This document shows, in pieces, positions 27,801 through 39,800 of a stretch of 64,000 nucleotides of DNA. The stretch covers positions 4,650,001 through 4,714,000 of the forward strand of contig JANJGN010000034.1 of NCBI GenBank assembly GCA_026770705.1, given 5' to 3'. Source of the DNA: Isurus oxyrinchus (lineage: Eukaryota). How positions within the stretch are numbered: position 1 is the first letter of the stretch; every line of letters starts with the position of its first letter. The position numbers were made by a program, and so were the translations under genes. Under the pieces are notes generated by a model. That model was not told where the DNA came from. It was given only the letters and a program-made list of their open reading frames with translations, and did no database searches.

Positions 27801-30800
27801 CTAAACTCAACAATCTTTCAAATTTGAAATTCCCTATCCCACCAGATTGTATGCTATTTGTCACGGATTCATTTAACGTTGATGTGGGCAGATCTTCAGT
27901 CACACAGGGAGCGAATGAATCTGGAATGCACTGCAAAATGGAGTTGACAGGGAAGATCAGTTTCCACTACGAAGTCTCTGTAGATTAGTTTTGAACTTAT
28001 TAAACAGTGGGCAAGAATCATTGAGCGGCGCTCTAGCGTCCTGTCTCTACTCCTAATATATTTCAAATCGTTACTTGCATGGTTCAATTTTATTACTGTT
28101 GAAGTGATTGGAATTTGATCCAATGAAATCGGACTCACTACTTGTTTTCCTTTCTTCGCTGTGGAATCATTCGGATCAATGGTAACGAGTTGGCCTGAAT
28201 GGCATGAAATGGACACTTAATGCAAACACATATGTAGGCATTCAAAGGAAGGGCAGTGGATCTATCAACCCTGCCTCAAACTTGATTTTGGCAACCTGGC
28301 TTAAGGCATCACTTTGACTGCTCTGATTGTGTATTCTCCTGGATGACACAAGCAGACTGAGAATGAAAGGAAACATGAAAGGGGGGAATAAAAACGAATG
28401 AGACTAGAAATAATGCTGAATCTCTTAAGGGACAGAAACGTACTGAACCATTATCCTGAGCATGTTGTGAAAAGGAGAACGGTCATTGTTTTAAGATAGG
28501 AAAATTCTGACTCTGGACGCATCCCCAGACCCTTTGTATATTGTTCCAAAAATTGTTGCCTGATTTCTGCGAATTTTGATTAAAAAAGCAAAACTGCAGG
28601 AAAATATTTCAGCAGTTTCACAAAAACTCAACGAATTAAGGTTTCAAAAAATGTTGTTTTTCAAATGCGTTTTTTTTTTTGTAACTCAGGTGGATCCTAG
28701 ATGGTGCTTTGGAAAACTTTTATTCTGATGAGTCTTTGATCACCATTGGGATGTTTTTTTTATTTTAAATAAAAATCTGGTGCAATGTTTCGTGAGATAT
28801 TGCTTAGCTATTAGGCACCAGGGAAGAAGTGGTTTCTTTTTGTTATCAGTGTTGCTCGCTTTTCTTATTTCCAGTTTGTTTGTTTCAATGAACAAGAAAA
28901 ACTATCTCACTCCACAATCAATGACATTCACTATGTTGTTTGAAATAAGAAATAGAATCTTTGAAAAGAAAATTTGGAGATGCAGGTTAGTGCAATTTAT
29001 AGGATATCACCTGTCGGCTCTGCTGCATATACTAACACGCTGTAGTTATTCCTTTTTTTCCCCTTTGTTAAATGTATAATTTATTTTGCGGTTAAAAACC
29101 TTTTGCAAGTTTTCAGGAGGCACAACAACAGCCATTGTCAAACTAAAACAAACAACTGGCGATGTTATGGATCTGAAATGAAAGAGCAAATGGTACAAAG
29201 AATTCACAGAGTAAGTAATATTCCAGCAGAGGAAAATCAACATAACAATTCATTGTGGTGAACTTTCATTTGACATGAACGGATTTTAACCTTTCCCACT
29301 TTATAAGTACGTATGAACGCAGACAGAATGCAGGACTGAGGGCGAAAATGATAAAAAGCTTGGGATAGGGCTAAACAGAATAATGATTTATTGACAAGTT
29401 TCGTTTCACAATGCGAAAAGTCACAGTATTTGGAGGAGTCAACATAGTTCAGGTGAGATGTCAATAGCACCAATTGTTCCTTGACCAGTGCATGCTCTGT
29501 TAGCAATCTTTAGTGCTACTTGCGACCCGACATAGCCTTACACATTATTGAATGCAGGAGGCTACAAAATGTGAAGACCTTTTTTCTGCACGTTTCAGTA
29601 AGAGTTTTTTGAACAATAGAGTAAGGCAAGAACATAATGCAAAAAAAAAAGTCATTTCCCCAGATAAATATAGAACCTAAGCACAAAATGACACTTCATA
29701 GTGTGGTCACTCATCAGCAAGAATAATTATATTGAAATGCGCTGACTTAATTTTCTTAGTTATAGCGGCTTCAGTTTCTGAAACTGCACAGGATCTCAGG
29801 ATGTCCCATGCTCTTTACAGCATATTACGTGCATGCTGAAGTATTATATTGAGTGAAGACAACGTTTAATATTCATGCAACATTTCGCACAAAATAGAAT
29901 GCTATACTTCCCATTCCATCTGTTTCACAATGTTGGCCATTCAGAGATAAATAATAATCTGCGAGACGAGATAGATCACTACAATTCGGTTTCGCAGTAA
30001 TGCTATGGAATATTTAGCACAAAGGCAGAACAGTTGCCAGGGATCCATGGATTCGGTTTAACGTCAGGAGTTCTGTCAGTCCCACAACATTTCGAGTCCG
30101 GTGTTGTCAATCTAATTATCTGATGTCAATACTCCTGGGCGAAACATGAATCCAAAATCTTCTTACTGGGTGTTGAAATTAGCATTCATGTCCCAAGCCT
30201 CCTCCTCAATATGTAAATGTGAGAGAAATGATACAGCTCCCAAGAGGAAGAAAAAAACAGCATGCATAAGTGTTTGTTCTAATATTGCATTATACCTTTC
30301 TCCATGGAAATATCACAGATTCTTTTAAACACTCTCTAAAATGTTAAAAGCCAAATTTCTTCAATTTTTCGCCGTTATTGAAGTTTGAATTCCATACAAT
30401 TTTGCAATGTTCCAAGCTTATACGTACTTTGGAATGAGAATTTCAAATGGCATGTTTATGCATTGATATCAATGCAGAATTTGACCAAAACATATTGCTT
30501 ATACTAGATTTTGATTTGAGCCTTTGCTCAACCAGTAGCTGTATCACGGCTGTTATATTGTTTGTAGTTCCAAAACCGAATCTATTATATCGGCTGAGAC
30601 CTTATTTGGCGTTGAAATCATTGCATCATCAGTAGCTATGCTGCTCGACAGAGCGTTAGAAACATAAATATTTTGGAGCATGAACCAAAGGATATATTAT
30701 AATTGGCAGAGGCCGTATTTCCCAAACACACTGACCAAAACAATTCTCAAGAGCTTTTATGCTATAACTTTATATAAAATTCCATGACGGTTTATGTGAG

Positions 30801-33800
30801 CTTTATGTAATATAGCCAAACACAAATCAATAAATTGAACATCAAGCATTGTGTATTCAGGCCGTTTTAATTAATAATCTGAAACTAAAACAAAACTTGG
30901 GTGTTGTTTTTTATAAAAATTGCAGTTGAATTTCACGTTAAGTTTGAAATCTGAAACAACAATCTTGATCTTAGACTAAAGGTCATGACAATACATTCCA
31001 TCATCTCAAATTGATTTGAAAAACTGCAATTGAGCACAAGGCTGTGGCTCACTCAGGAAGTGAAGGATTGTAACTGTTTAAAAAAAAAAGAGGTATTTAC
31101 GTTTGCAATTAAGGAAAGTCTGAGGTCTGCAAATGCCTGTAACTTATCAATGAAACAATAAAAAAAACATAAACACTGGAAAATATAGAAGAGCCGAGCA
31201 ACCAGTTTGGAAGAAGAGATAAAAGAAAAACGACAGATTATAACATTTGGAATTTTATAAAAAGGAAGGGAATATCAAAGAAGCAGAAGCATGTTTGTTT
31301 ATTATGGGGAATGACGAAGAGGCAGATGTATTGTGGGAATTTATTTTTTCTTTCTTCACTGTAGAATACTGTTACTTAGCCATGGATAACACGGGTGCTA
31401 AAATTAATTGTGGAAATGAAAGTAATTATGAATAGCTGAGACAGAAAAAGGAACCTGAATAAGCTTAACATACTCAAAAAAAAGGAAATATCTAAGAGCA
31501 AATTGCATATTTCAGTGGCCTCCAAAAAGTTATACCTGTGGAGAGAGTGGATACTCTGGCTGTGATCTTCCATTAAACATACCTAGATTCTAAAGTGTAA
31601 TCAGCTAAATGTATGATATGAAATGCAACATCGCAAGTCAGCAAAGGGACAGTTAGAAAATTAACGAATTACAGGTCAGTCAGTTTGAGATCTGTGGTCG
31701 GGGAAATCTTCAAATTCAATTTCCAGAACATATAGGAATGATAATAGAAAACGGTAGCATGGACAAAATGAACATAGTTCTATCGAAGAGAAATATTGTT
31801 TCACAAATTTCTTAAAGTCTCTGTGGATGCGGCTATGGGGATTGATGATGGGGAACCAGTAGATGTAGTATACCTAGGTTTTTTAAATGGCCTTCAATAA
31901 ACTGCCACAGAAAAGGCAATATAAATTCACCAAGATGAGAGGGCAGTGCTTTGGCATATTTGGATGATTTGCTAATGGAAATGTTGCAACGGAAAGTAAA
32001 AAGTTAAAGGGGCCAAGGCATTGTGGTGGCATGAGAAGGGGTTCCTTCCACGAGTTAGGTAAAGTTGAAAATGCACCAGAGTCATAGGATAATGTCTTGA
32101 TCGTTTTGGACCGAGAACATGAAACATTGTTTCTCCCAAAATGTTGTAAGAATATGGAATTCCTTAAGTCAGAGGATTATGCATGTTGACGGTGTGTAAG
32201 GGTTGTATAGAAAGATTGGGGGTCTCTCATGGGATACCGCAATATCGGGAACAGAAGGAAAGGAGTAGAGTTGTAGCCGCAGGTTGTCAGGATCGTTTTC
32301 AATGTCAGACCTGCCTCGAATGGACTAATGGCCTACTAACGTGTTTTGTGCTATTTTGTCATTCTGACAGTTAATCAAAAGGAGCATGAAATGTTCTGAA
32401 CTTCATGTTTTGTATGGTCTCAGATGACTCAGCAGCCAATCTCCTGAGTCGTGTTTCTTTGACCAATGAACACAGGAGAACTCGTGACGAATTTGATATC
32501 ATGAAAAGTTTTGAGGTCTATCCTTAGGATTTACAAGCCAAAGGACTGCTGTGCTGTCGGAAAGTGCTGTGCTTCTGGTGAATAATTGCTCAGATGCTTC
32601 ACCTCCACGCTCATCTCTCGTGGAAAATATCCCTTGGCGATATTTTGAATAAAGGCAAGAGAGTATTCCACTGTGTGCAATAAATGCATGACTAAATGAA
32701 CTTCACTGAAAGATCGTAGATTGTTTGTGAATTATCACTTTCCTGTTTTTGTGATACGGGATTAGAGAAATTTGATGTTGTGAGTAATTTACTTTGCTGT
32801 AAATCGTATTTGATATTCCTGAAATTTCAAAAATCACTACAGAGATGTGCTTCGATCATTTTTTTTACCATATAATGTTAACTATCCCATTCAACTTGCT
32901 TTAGAAAAATCTTTCCATGAGAAAGAAATTGGTAAGTTTTCAATACGTTTCTTGGCATCGCATCACGTTTTTTCAAACATTTTTTGATTCATGTCGTATA
33001 ATGAGCTGGAGTATATCCAGTAGAATAATCATGGCCTTACCAGATTAATAACGAGATTTCATTATCCCATTCCCAAGAAAAGAGATTGTGGATTGAAGTT
33101 CAGTAACCCAAAGCAATCTGCAATTAACAGTGTTGGCAAACATGGAGCTATTGAATCAGTGCAAAAATAATTGCTTCTAAGACGCATCTCAGGCGTGTAA
33201 TGAGTCTCTCCATGCCCACAGAAATATAGTTGGTTAGGGCATGACCTTTTTAATCGTCTTGCACATTGTCCAGCTATTTTAACCCAATACAGAAAATAAA
33301 AAAAATGTGTAAGAGCAGACGCACTATGGAACTTAGATCTAACATCCAATCTAGACTGAACAACGGCACCAACAGCCGCGTGGACTGTGAAAATTTCTAA
33401 ACACTCTCCTATGGATACATCGGCCAAAACCTTGTAGCTTCCTTTCTCAGAGTAGGCAGGCAAGAGCCTCCTCTGTTTGTAACTGATATTTTTGAAGCAT
33501 TTGCAACCATTTTCGAAAAACTTTTGCCAATGTTTTTGCTCACCATAATAGAACAAATCAGGAGTCTGACTGAATAACCCGCATTTGCCTAGATGATTAC
33601 CGCTCTTACACCATTGCAGAACACTAAAGCTTCTAGGATGAGGGCGTCTTCCTGAATGACAAACCCGTTCCCCTCTGATACAATAATCTACAACATGCAT
33701 CGCAGTACCTTATCAAGGTTACTTGGACAAACCCACTCAAACCCTTATCCTGTAGCACCTAGAGGGGTGAACAGCCTTGAAAGAACTGATGAACAGGCTT

Positions 33801-36800
33801 GACAATTATTTCATTCGAGTAGTAACCGAGGCAGACTGCAATATACGCCATTCAACATAGTACAATGTGTATTTATAAATTTACGTGAGTTAACGTGCTG
33901 GCGGTGTAAGCTAAATTGAATATAAGTTTAATAGATATAAAAACAAAGAAAACTATGGATGCTGGAAATCCAAAACAAAAACAGAATTACCTGGAAAAAC
34001 TCAGCAGGTCTGGCAGGATCGGTGGAGAAGAAAAGAGTTGACGTTTCGAGTCCTCATGACCCTTCGACAGAACTTGATTTTGAGTCCAAGAAAGAGTTGA
34101 AATATAAGCTGGTTTAAGGTGTGTGTGTGGGGGGGCGGAGAGATAGAGAGAGAGAGAGGTGGTTCTGTGGACAAACAAGCAGTGATAGAAGCAGATCATC
34201 AAAATATGTCAGCAAAAATGGTACAATAGAACACATAGGTGTTAAAGTTAAAGTTGGTGATATTATCTAAACGAATGTGCTAATTAAGAATGGATGGTAG
34301 GGCACTCAAGGTACAGCTCTAGTGGGGGTGGAGGGAGCATAAAAGATCTTAAAATATTTAAAAATAATGGAAATAGGTGGGAAAAGAAAAATCTATCTAA
34401 TTTATTGGGAAAAAAAAGGGAGGGAAAACAGAAAGGGGGTGGGGATGGGGGAGGGAGCTTACGACCTAAAGTTGTTGAATTCAATATTCAGTCTGGAATG
34501 CTGTAAGGTGCCAAGTCGGAAGATGACGTGTTGTTCCTCCAGATTGCGTTGGGCTTCACTGGAACAATGCAACAAGCCAAGGACTGACATGTGGGCAAGA
34601 GAGCAGGGTGGAGTGTTAAAATGGCAAGCGACAGGGAGGTTTGGGTCATTCTTGCGGACAGACCGCAGGTGATCTGCAAAGCGGTTGCCCAGTTTACGTT
34701 TGGTCTCTCAAATGTAGGGGAGACCACATTGGGAGCAACGAATGCAGTAGACTAAGTTGGGGGAAATGCAAGTGAAATGCTGCTTCACTTGAAAGGAGTG
34801 TTTGGGTCCTTGGACGGTGAGGAGAGAGGAAGTGAAGGGGCAGGTGTTACATCTTTTGCGTGGGCATGGGGTGGTGCCATAGGAGGGGGTTGACGAGTAT
34901 GGGGTGATGGAGGAGTGGACCAGGGTGTCCAGGAGGGTGCGATCCCTACGGAATGCCGATAAAGGGGGTGAAGGGAAAATGTGTTTGGTGGTGGCATCAT
35001 GCTGGAGTTGGTGGAAATGGTGGAGGATGATCCTTTGAACGTGGAGGCTGGTGGGGTGATAAGTGAGGACAAGGGGGACCCTATCATGTTTCTGGGAGGG
35101 AGGAGAAGGCGTGAGGACGGATGTGCGCGAGATGGTCCGGACATGGTTGAGGGCCCTGTCAACGACCGTGGGTGGAAAACCTCGGATAAGGAAGAAGGAA
35201 GACATGTCAGAGGAACCGTTTTTGAAGGTAGCATCATCGGAACAGATGCGAATAAGGCGAAGGAACTGGGAGAATGGGATGGAGTCCTTACAGGAAGCGG
35301 GGTGTGAGGAGCTGTCGTCGAGGTAGCTGTGGGAGTCGGTGGGTTTGTAATGGATATTGGTGGACTGCCTATCACCAGAGATTGAGACAGAGAGGTCAAG
35401 GAATGGAAGGGAAGTGTCAGAGATGGACCACGTGAAAATGATGGAGGGGTGGAGATTGGAAGCAAAATTAATAAATTTTTCCAAGTCCCGACGAGAGCAT
35501 GAAGCGGCACCGAAGTAATCATCGATGTACCGGAGAAAAAGTTGTGGAAGGGGGCCGGAGTAGGACTGCAACAAGGAATGTTCCACATACCCCATAAAGA
35601 GACAGGCATAGCTGGGGCCCATGCGGATACCCATAGCCACACCTTTTATTTGGAGGAAGTGAGAGGAGTTGAAGGAGAAATTGTTCAACGTGAGAACAAG
35701 TTCAGCCAGACGGAGGAGAGTAGTGGTGGATGGGAATTGTTTGGGCCTGTGTTCGAGGAAGAAGCTAAGGGCCCTCAGACCATCCTGGTGGGGGATGGAG
35801 GTGTAAAGGGATTGGATGTCCATGGTGAAGAGGAAGCGGTTGGGGCCAGCGAACTGGAAATTGTTGATGTGACGTAAGGTGTCAGAGGAATCACGGATGT
35901 AGGTGGGAAGGGACTGGACAAGGGGAGAGAGAAGGGAGTCAAGATAACGAGAAATGAGTTCTGTGGGGCAGGAGCAAGCTGAGACGATCGGTCTACCGGG
36001 GCAGGTCTTTTTGTGGATTTTGGGTAGGAGATAGAAGCGGGCCATCCGAGGTTGGGCGACTATCAGGTTGGAGGCTGTGGCAGGGAGATCCCCAGAGGAG
36101 ATGAGGTCCGTGACCGTCCTGGAAACAATGGCTTGATGTTCAGTGGTGGGGTCATGTTCCAGGGAGAGGTAGGAGGAAGTGTCTGCGAGTTGACGCTCAG
36201 ACTCCGCGAGGTAGAGGTCAGTGCGCCAGAAAACAACAGCACCACCCTTGTCAGCGGGTTTGATGACAATGTCAGGGTTGGACCTGAGAGAATGGAGTGC
36301 AGTAAGTTTAGAGAGAGACACGTTAGAATGGGTGAGAGGAGCAGAGAAATTGAGACGACTAATGTCGCGCCGACAGTTCTCAATGAAAAGATCAAGAGAA
36401 GGTAAGAATCCAGAGGGAGGGGTCCAGGTGGAGGGAGAAATTTGGAGATGGGTAAAAGGATCTGTTGAACTGGGAGAGGACTCCTGCCCAAAGAAGTGAG
36501 CCCGGAGCCGAAGACGGCGAAAGAAAAGTTCAGTATCATGCCGAGCCCGAAATTCATTGAGGTGAGGGTGTAAGGGTATGAAACTAAGTCCTTTGCTGAG
36601 CATTGAACGTTCAGCATCGGAAAGGGGAAGGTCAGGGTGTATAGTGAATATACGGCTGGGCTGGGATTGGAAGATGGGGTGGGGATGGAGGAACAGGCTG
36701 GGGTGGAGGGTCCTAGATGGGTGTTGGTGTCGATGAGTTGTTGGAGCTTGCGTTCCTTAGCAGTTGAGAGAAAGAGAAAAAGTTTCTTGTTGAAGCGTCG

Positions 36801-39800
36801 GATGAGCCGCAGGAACAATCCCCATCCACCACTGCTCTCCTCCGTCTGGCTGAACTTGTTCTCACGTTGAACAATTTCTCCTTCAACTCCTCTCACTTCC
36901 TCCAAATAAAAGGTGTGGATATGGGTACCCGCATGGGCCCCAGCTATGCCTGTCTCTTTATGGGGTATGTGGAACATTCCTTGTTGCAGTCCTACTCCGG
37001 CCCCCTTCCACAACTTTTTCTCTGGTACATCGATGACTAGTTCAGTGCCGCTTCATGCTCTCGTCGGGACTTGGAAAAATTTATTAATTTTGCTTCCAAT
37101 CTCCACCCCTCCATCATTTTCACGTGGTCCATCTCTGACACTTCCCTTCCCTTCCTTGACCTCTCTGTCTCAATCTCTGGTGATAGACTGTCCAACAATT
37201 TCCATTTCAAACCCAACGAATCCCACAGCTACCTCGACTACAGCTCCTCACACCCCGCTTCCTGTAAGGACTCCATCCCATTCTCCCAGTTCCTTTGCCT
37301 TCATTGCATCTGTTCCGATGATGCTACCTTCAAAAACGGTTCCTCTGACATGTCCTCCTTCTTCCTTAACCGAGGTTTTCCACCCACGGTCGTTGACAGG
37401 GCCCTGAACCGTGTCCGGCCCATCTCCCGCGCATCCGCCCTCAGGCCTTCTCCTCCCTCCCAGAAACATGATAGGGTCCCCCTTGTCCTCACTTATGACC
37501 CCACCAGCCTCCGCATTCATAGGATCATCCTCTGCCATTTCCGCCAACTCCAGCATGATGCCACCACCAAACACATCTTCCCATCACCCCCCTTTTCGCA
37601 TTCCGTAGGGATCGCTCCCTCCAGGACACCCTGGTCCACTCCTTCATCACCCCCTACTCCTCAACCCCCTCCTATGGCACCACCCCATGCCCACGCAAAA
37701 GATGTAACACCTGCCCCTTCACTTCCTCTCTCCTCACCGTCCAAGGGCCCAAACACTCCTTTCAAGTGAAGGAACATTCCACTTGCATTTCCCCCAATTT
37801 ATCTACTGCAATCATTTCTCCCAATGTGGTCTCCTCTACATTGGAGAGACCAAACGTAAACTGGGCAACCGCTTTGCAGAACACCTGCGGTCTGTCCGCA
37901 AGAATGACCCAAACTTCCCTGTCGCTTGCCATTTTAACACTACACCCTGATCTCTTGCCCACATGTCTGTCCTTGGCTTGCTGCATTGTTCCAGTGAAGC
38001 CCAACGCAAACTGGAGGAACAACACCTCATCTTCCGACTAGGCACCTTGCAGCCTTCCGGTCTGAATATTGAATTCAACAACTTTAGGTCGTGAGCTCCC
38101 TCCCCCATCCCCACCCCCTTTCTGTTTCCCCCCTTTTTTTCCACAATAAATTATATAGATTTTTCTTTTCCCACCTATTTCCATTATTTTTAAATATTTT
38201 TAAATCTTTTATGGACCCTCTACCCCCACTAGAGCTGTACCTTTAGTGCCCTACAATCCACTCTTAATTAGCACATTCGTTTAGATAATATCACCAACTT
38301 TAACTTTAACACCTATGTGTTCTATTGTACCATTGTTGCTGACATCTTTTGATGATCTGCTTCTATCACTGCTTGTTTTTCCACACAACCACCTCTCTCT
38401 CTCTCTATCTCTCCGCCCCCTACGCACACACCTTAAACCAGCTTATATTTCAACTCTTCCTTGGACTCGAAATCAAGTTCTGTCGAAGGGTCATGAGGAC
38501 TCGAAACGTCAACTCTTTTCTTCTCCGCCGATGCTGCCAGACCTGCTGAGTTTTTCCAGGTAATTCTGTTTTTGTATATGTTTAATAGATTGGTTCCAGG
38601 GATGAGAAAGTTGCCCTCCGATAACAGGTGGGATTAATTGCGCTTGTGTTTTCTCGACATCAGAAAGTTCAGTGCTGATCTAATTGAAACATAACCGATT
38701 GGGAAGGGGACTCGCCAGGTTATAACATGTATGTTTTTTTTTCAAAAGCAGAGCGAAACAAAACAAGGGCACACATTCTCAGAAATGATTTAATTATATA
38801 AAGCTGAAATGAGGATAAATTTCTGCACTCAAAGTGTATTTATTTTCTTGAAGATTGCCTCTGTGTCATTGCGGAATGTACTTAAGGCTGACAAAGACAA
38901 ATGTTGGTCGCTCAAATGACCTGCAATCTACGGACCTAATACGAATGCACTGATTAGCAAAAGATCAACCATGGTCATATCGCAGGCATTTTGATGGACT
39001 ATTTTTGATGTCTTTAAATACATCTTATATATTCATATAGGTCGATGTATTATTATTTAACTGTAATACAATTTTGTTTTTCCCTTTAATGGCTTCAGAG
39101 CTTCAGCAATGAATGCAGGCCCAGGAATGTATACAGCTTATTTTTCGATGAACTTGATCGGTGCTGAAACGCATAAACCCACAAGACAGGTTGCTTTGAT
39201 GCATAATCCATTTAGATCATAAAGACTAAACATTGAACTAATGAAGTAATTCTACACGACTAAATGAATACTTTACAGGTGAAATGGCACACATCTGTAC
39301 CGGTTATGCCAAAGTATTCAACAGAGGAATATATAGACGTTTGAGTTTAAACATGGACAGCTTAGACCCATTAAGTGCAATTCTTCCGCGATGCGGGATC
39401 TTGGAGATGGTTCATGATTGGTCTTAAGGCAGCAGCTGCAATGTCTCGAAATTCACTATCAAGTTTTCGATACTTTGGCGTGTTTTCGATTCCTGGTGCA
39501 CTGTGAAGCATTAGCAGAACTGTCAGCTTCCTGGAATTATGTTGAATAGATATCAAATTTCAGGCAAACAGAGTTTTATTTCGGTGGTGGAAGTAGCAAA
39601 AGCCACAAGAGAATTCTGCTTCTATGCCATTATCAAACCAATGATCAACAATAAAAATGCGGGGATTGATCAACTTTGAAGCAGTGCAGCCTGGACTATG
39701 CCACCAATCAGCTAACAGTTTTGCAATGGCACTGTCAATACACATGCATGCAGTGGTTGTGCAAATTTCAGAAATGACAGGGCAGACACTTGTAATAGTG

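Larger units (their letters stand above)
33937..38574. mobile_element. Penelope-like element B: inverted arms (~2.9 kb minus, ~1.76 kb plus; junction ~36812), inserted into a CR1 fragment
   Basis: Same family as element A. 16-bp TSD tataagtttaatagat (33921-33936) / tatatgtttaatagat (38575-38590). Confidence 0.95.

Noticed and set aside
27772-27930. Minus-strand terminal-exon-like frame CIPDSFAPCVTED...QLTQK* with a good acceptor
   Set aside because: No recognisable homology and no companion minus-strand exons found.
33062-33700. 212-aa minus-strand ORF
   Set aside because: No motifs; overlaps antisense of a decayed LINE fragment; likely chance.
34785-38563. Many overlapping alternative-frame and antisense ORFs, including the 316-aa ORF 36063-37013
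   Set aside because: By-products of the GC-skewed PLE sequence; the 316-aa ORF is a chimera across the inversion junction.
24041-38574. Interpreting elements A and B as TIR DNA transposons or MITEs
   Set aside because: Arms encode RT and GIY-YIG, carry hammerhead motifs and are variably 5'-truncated; there is no transposase.
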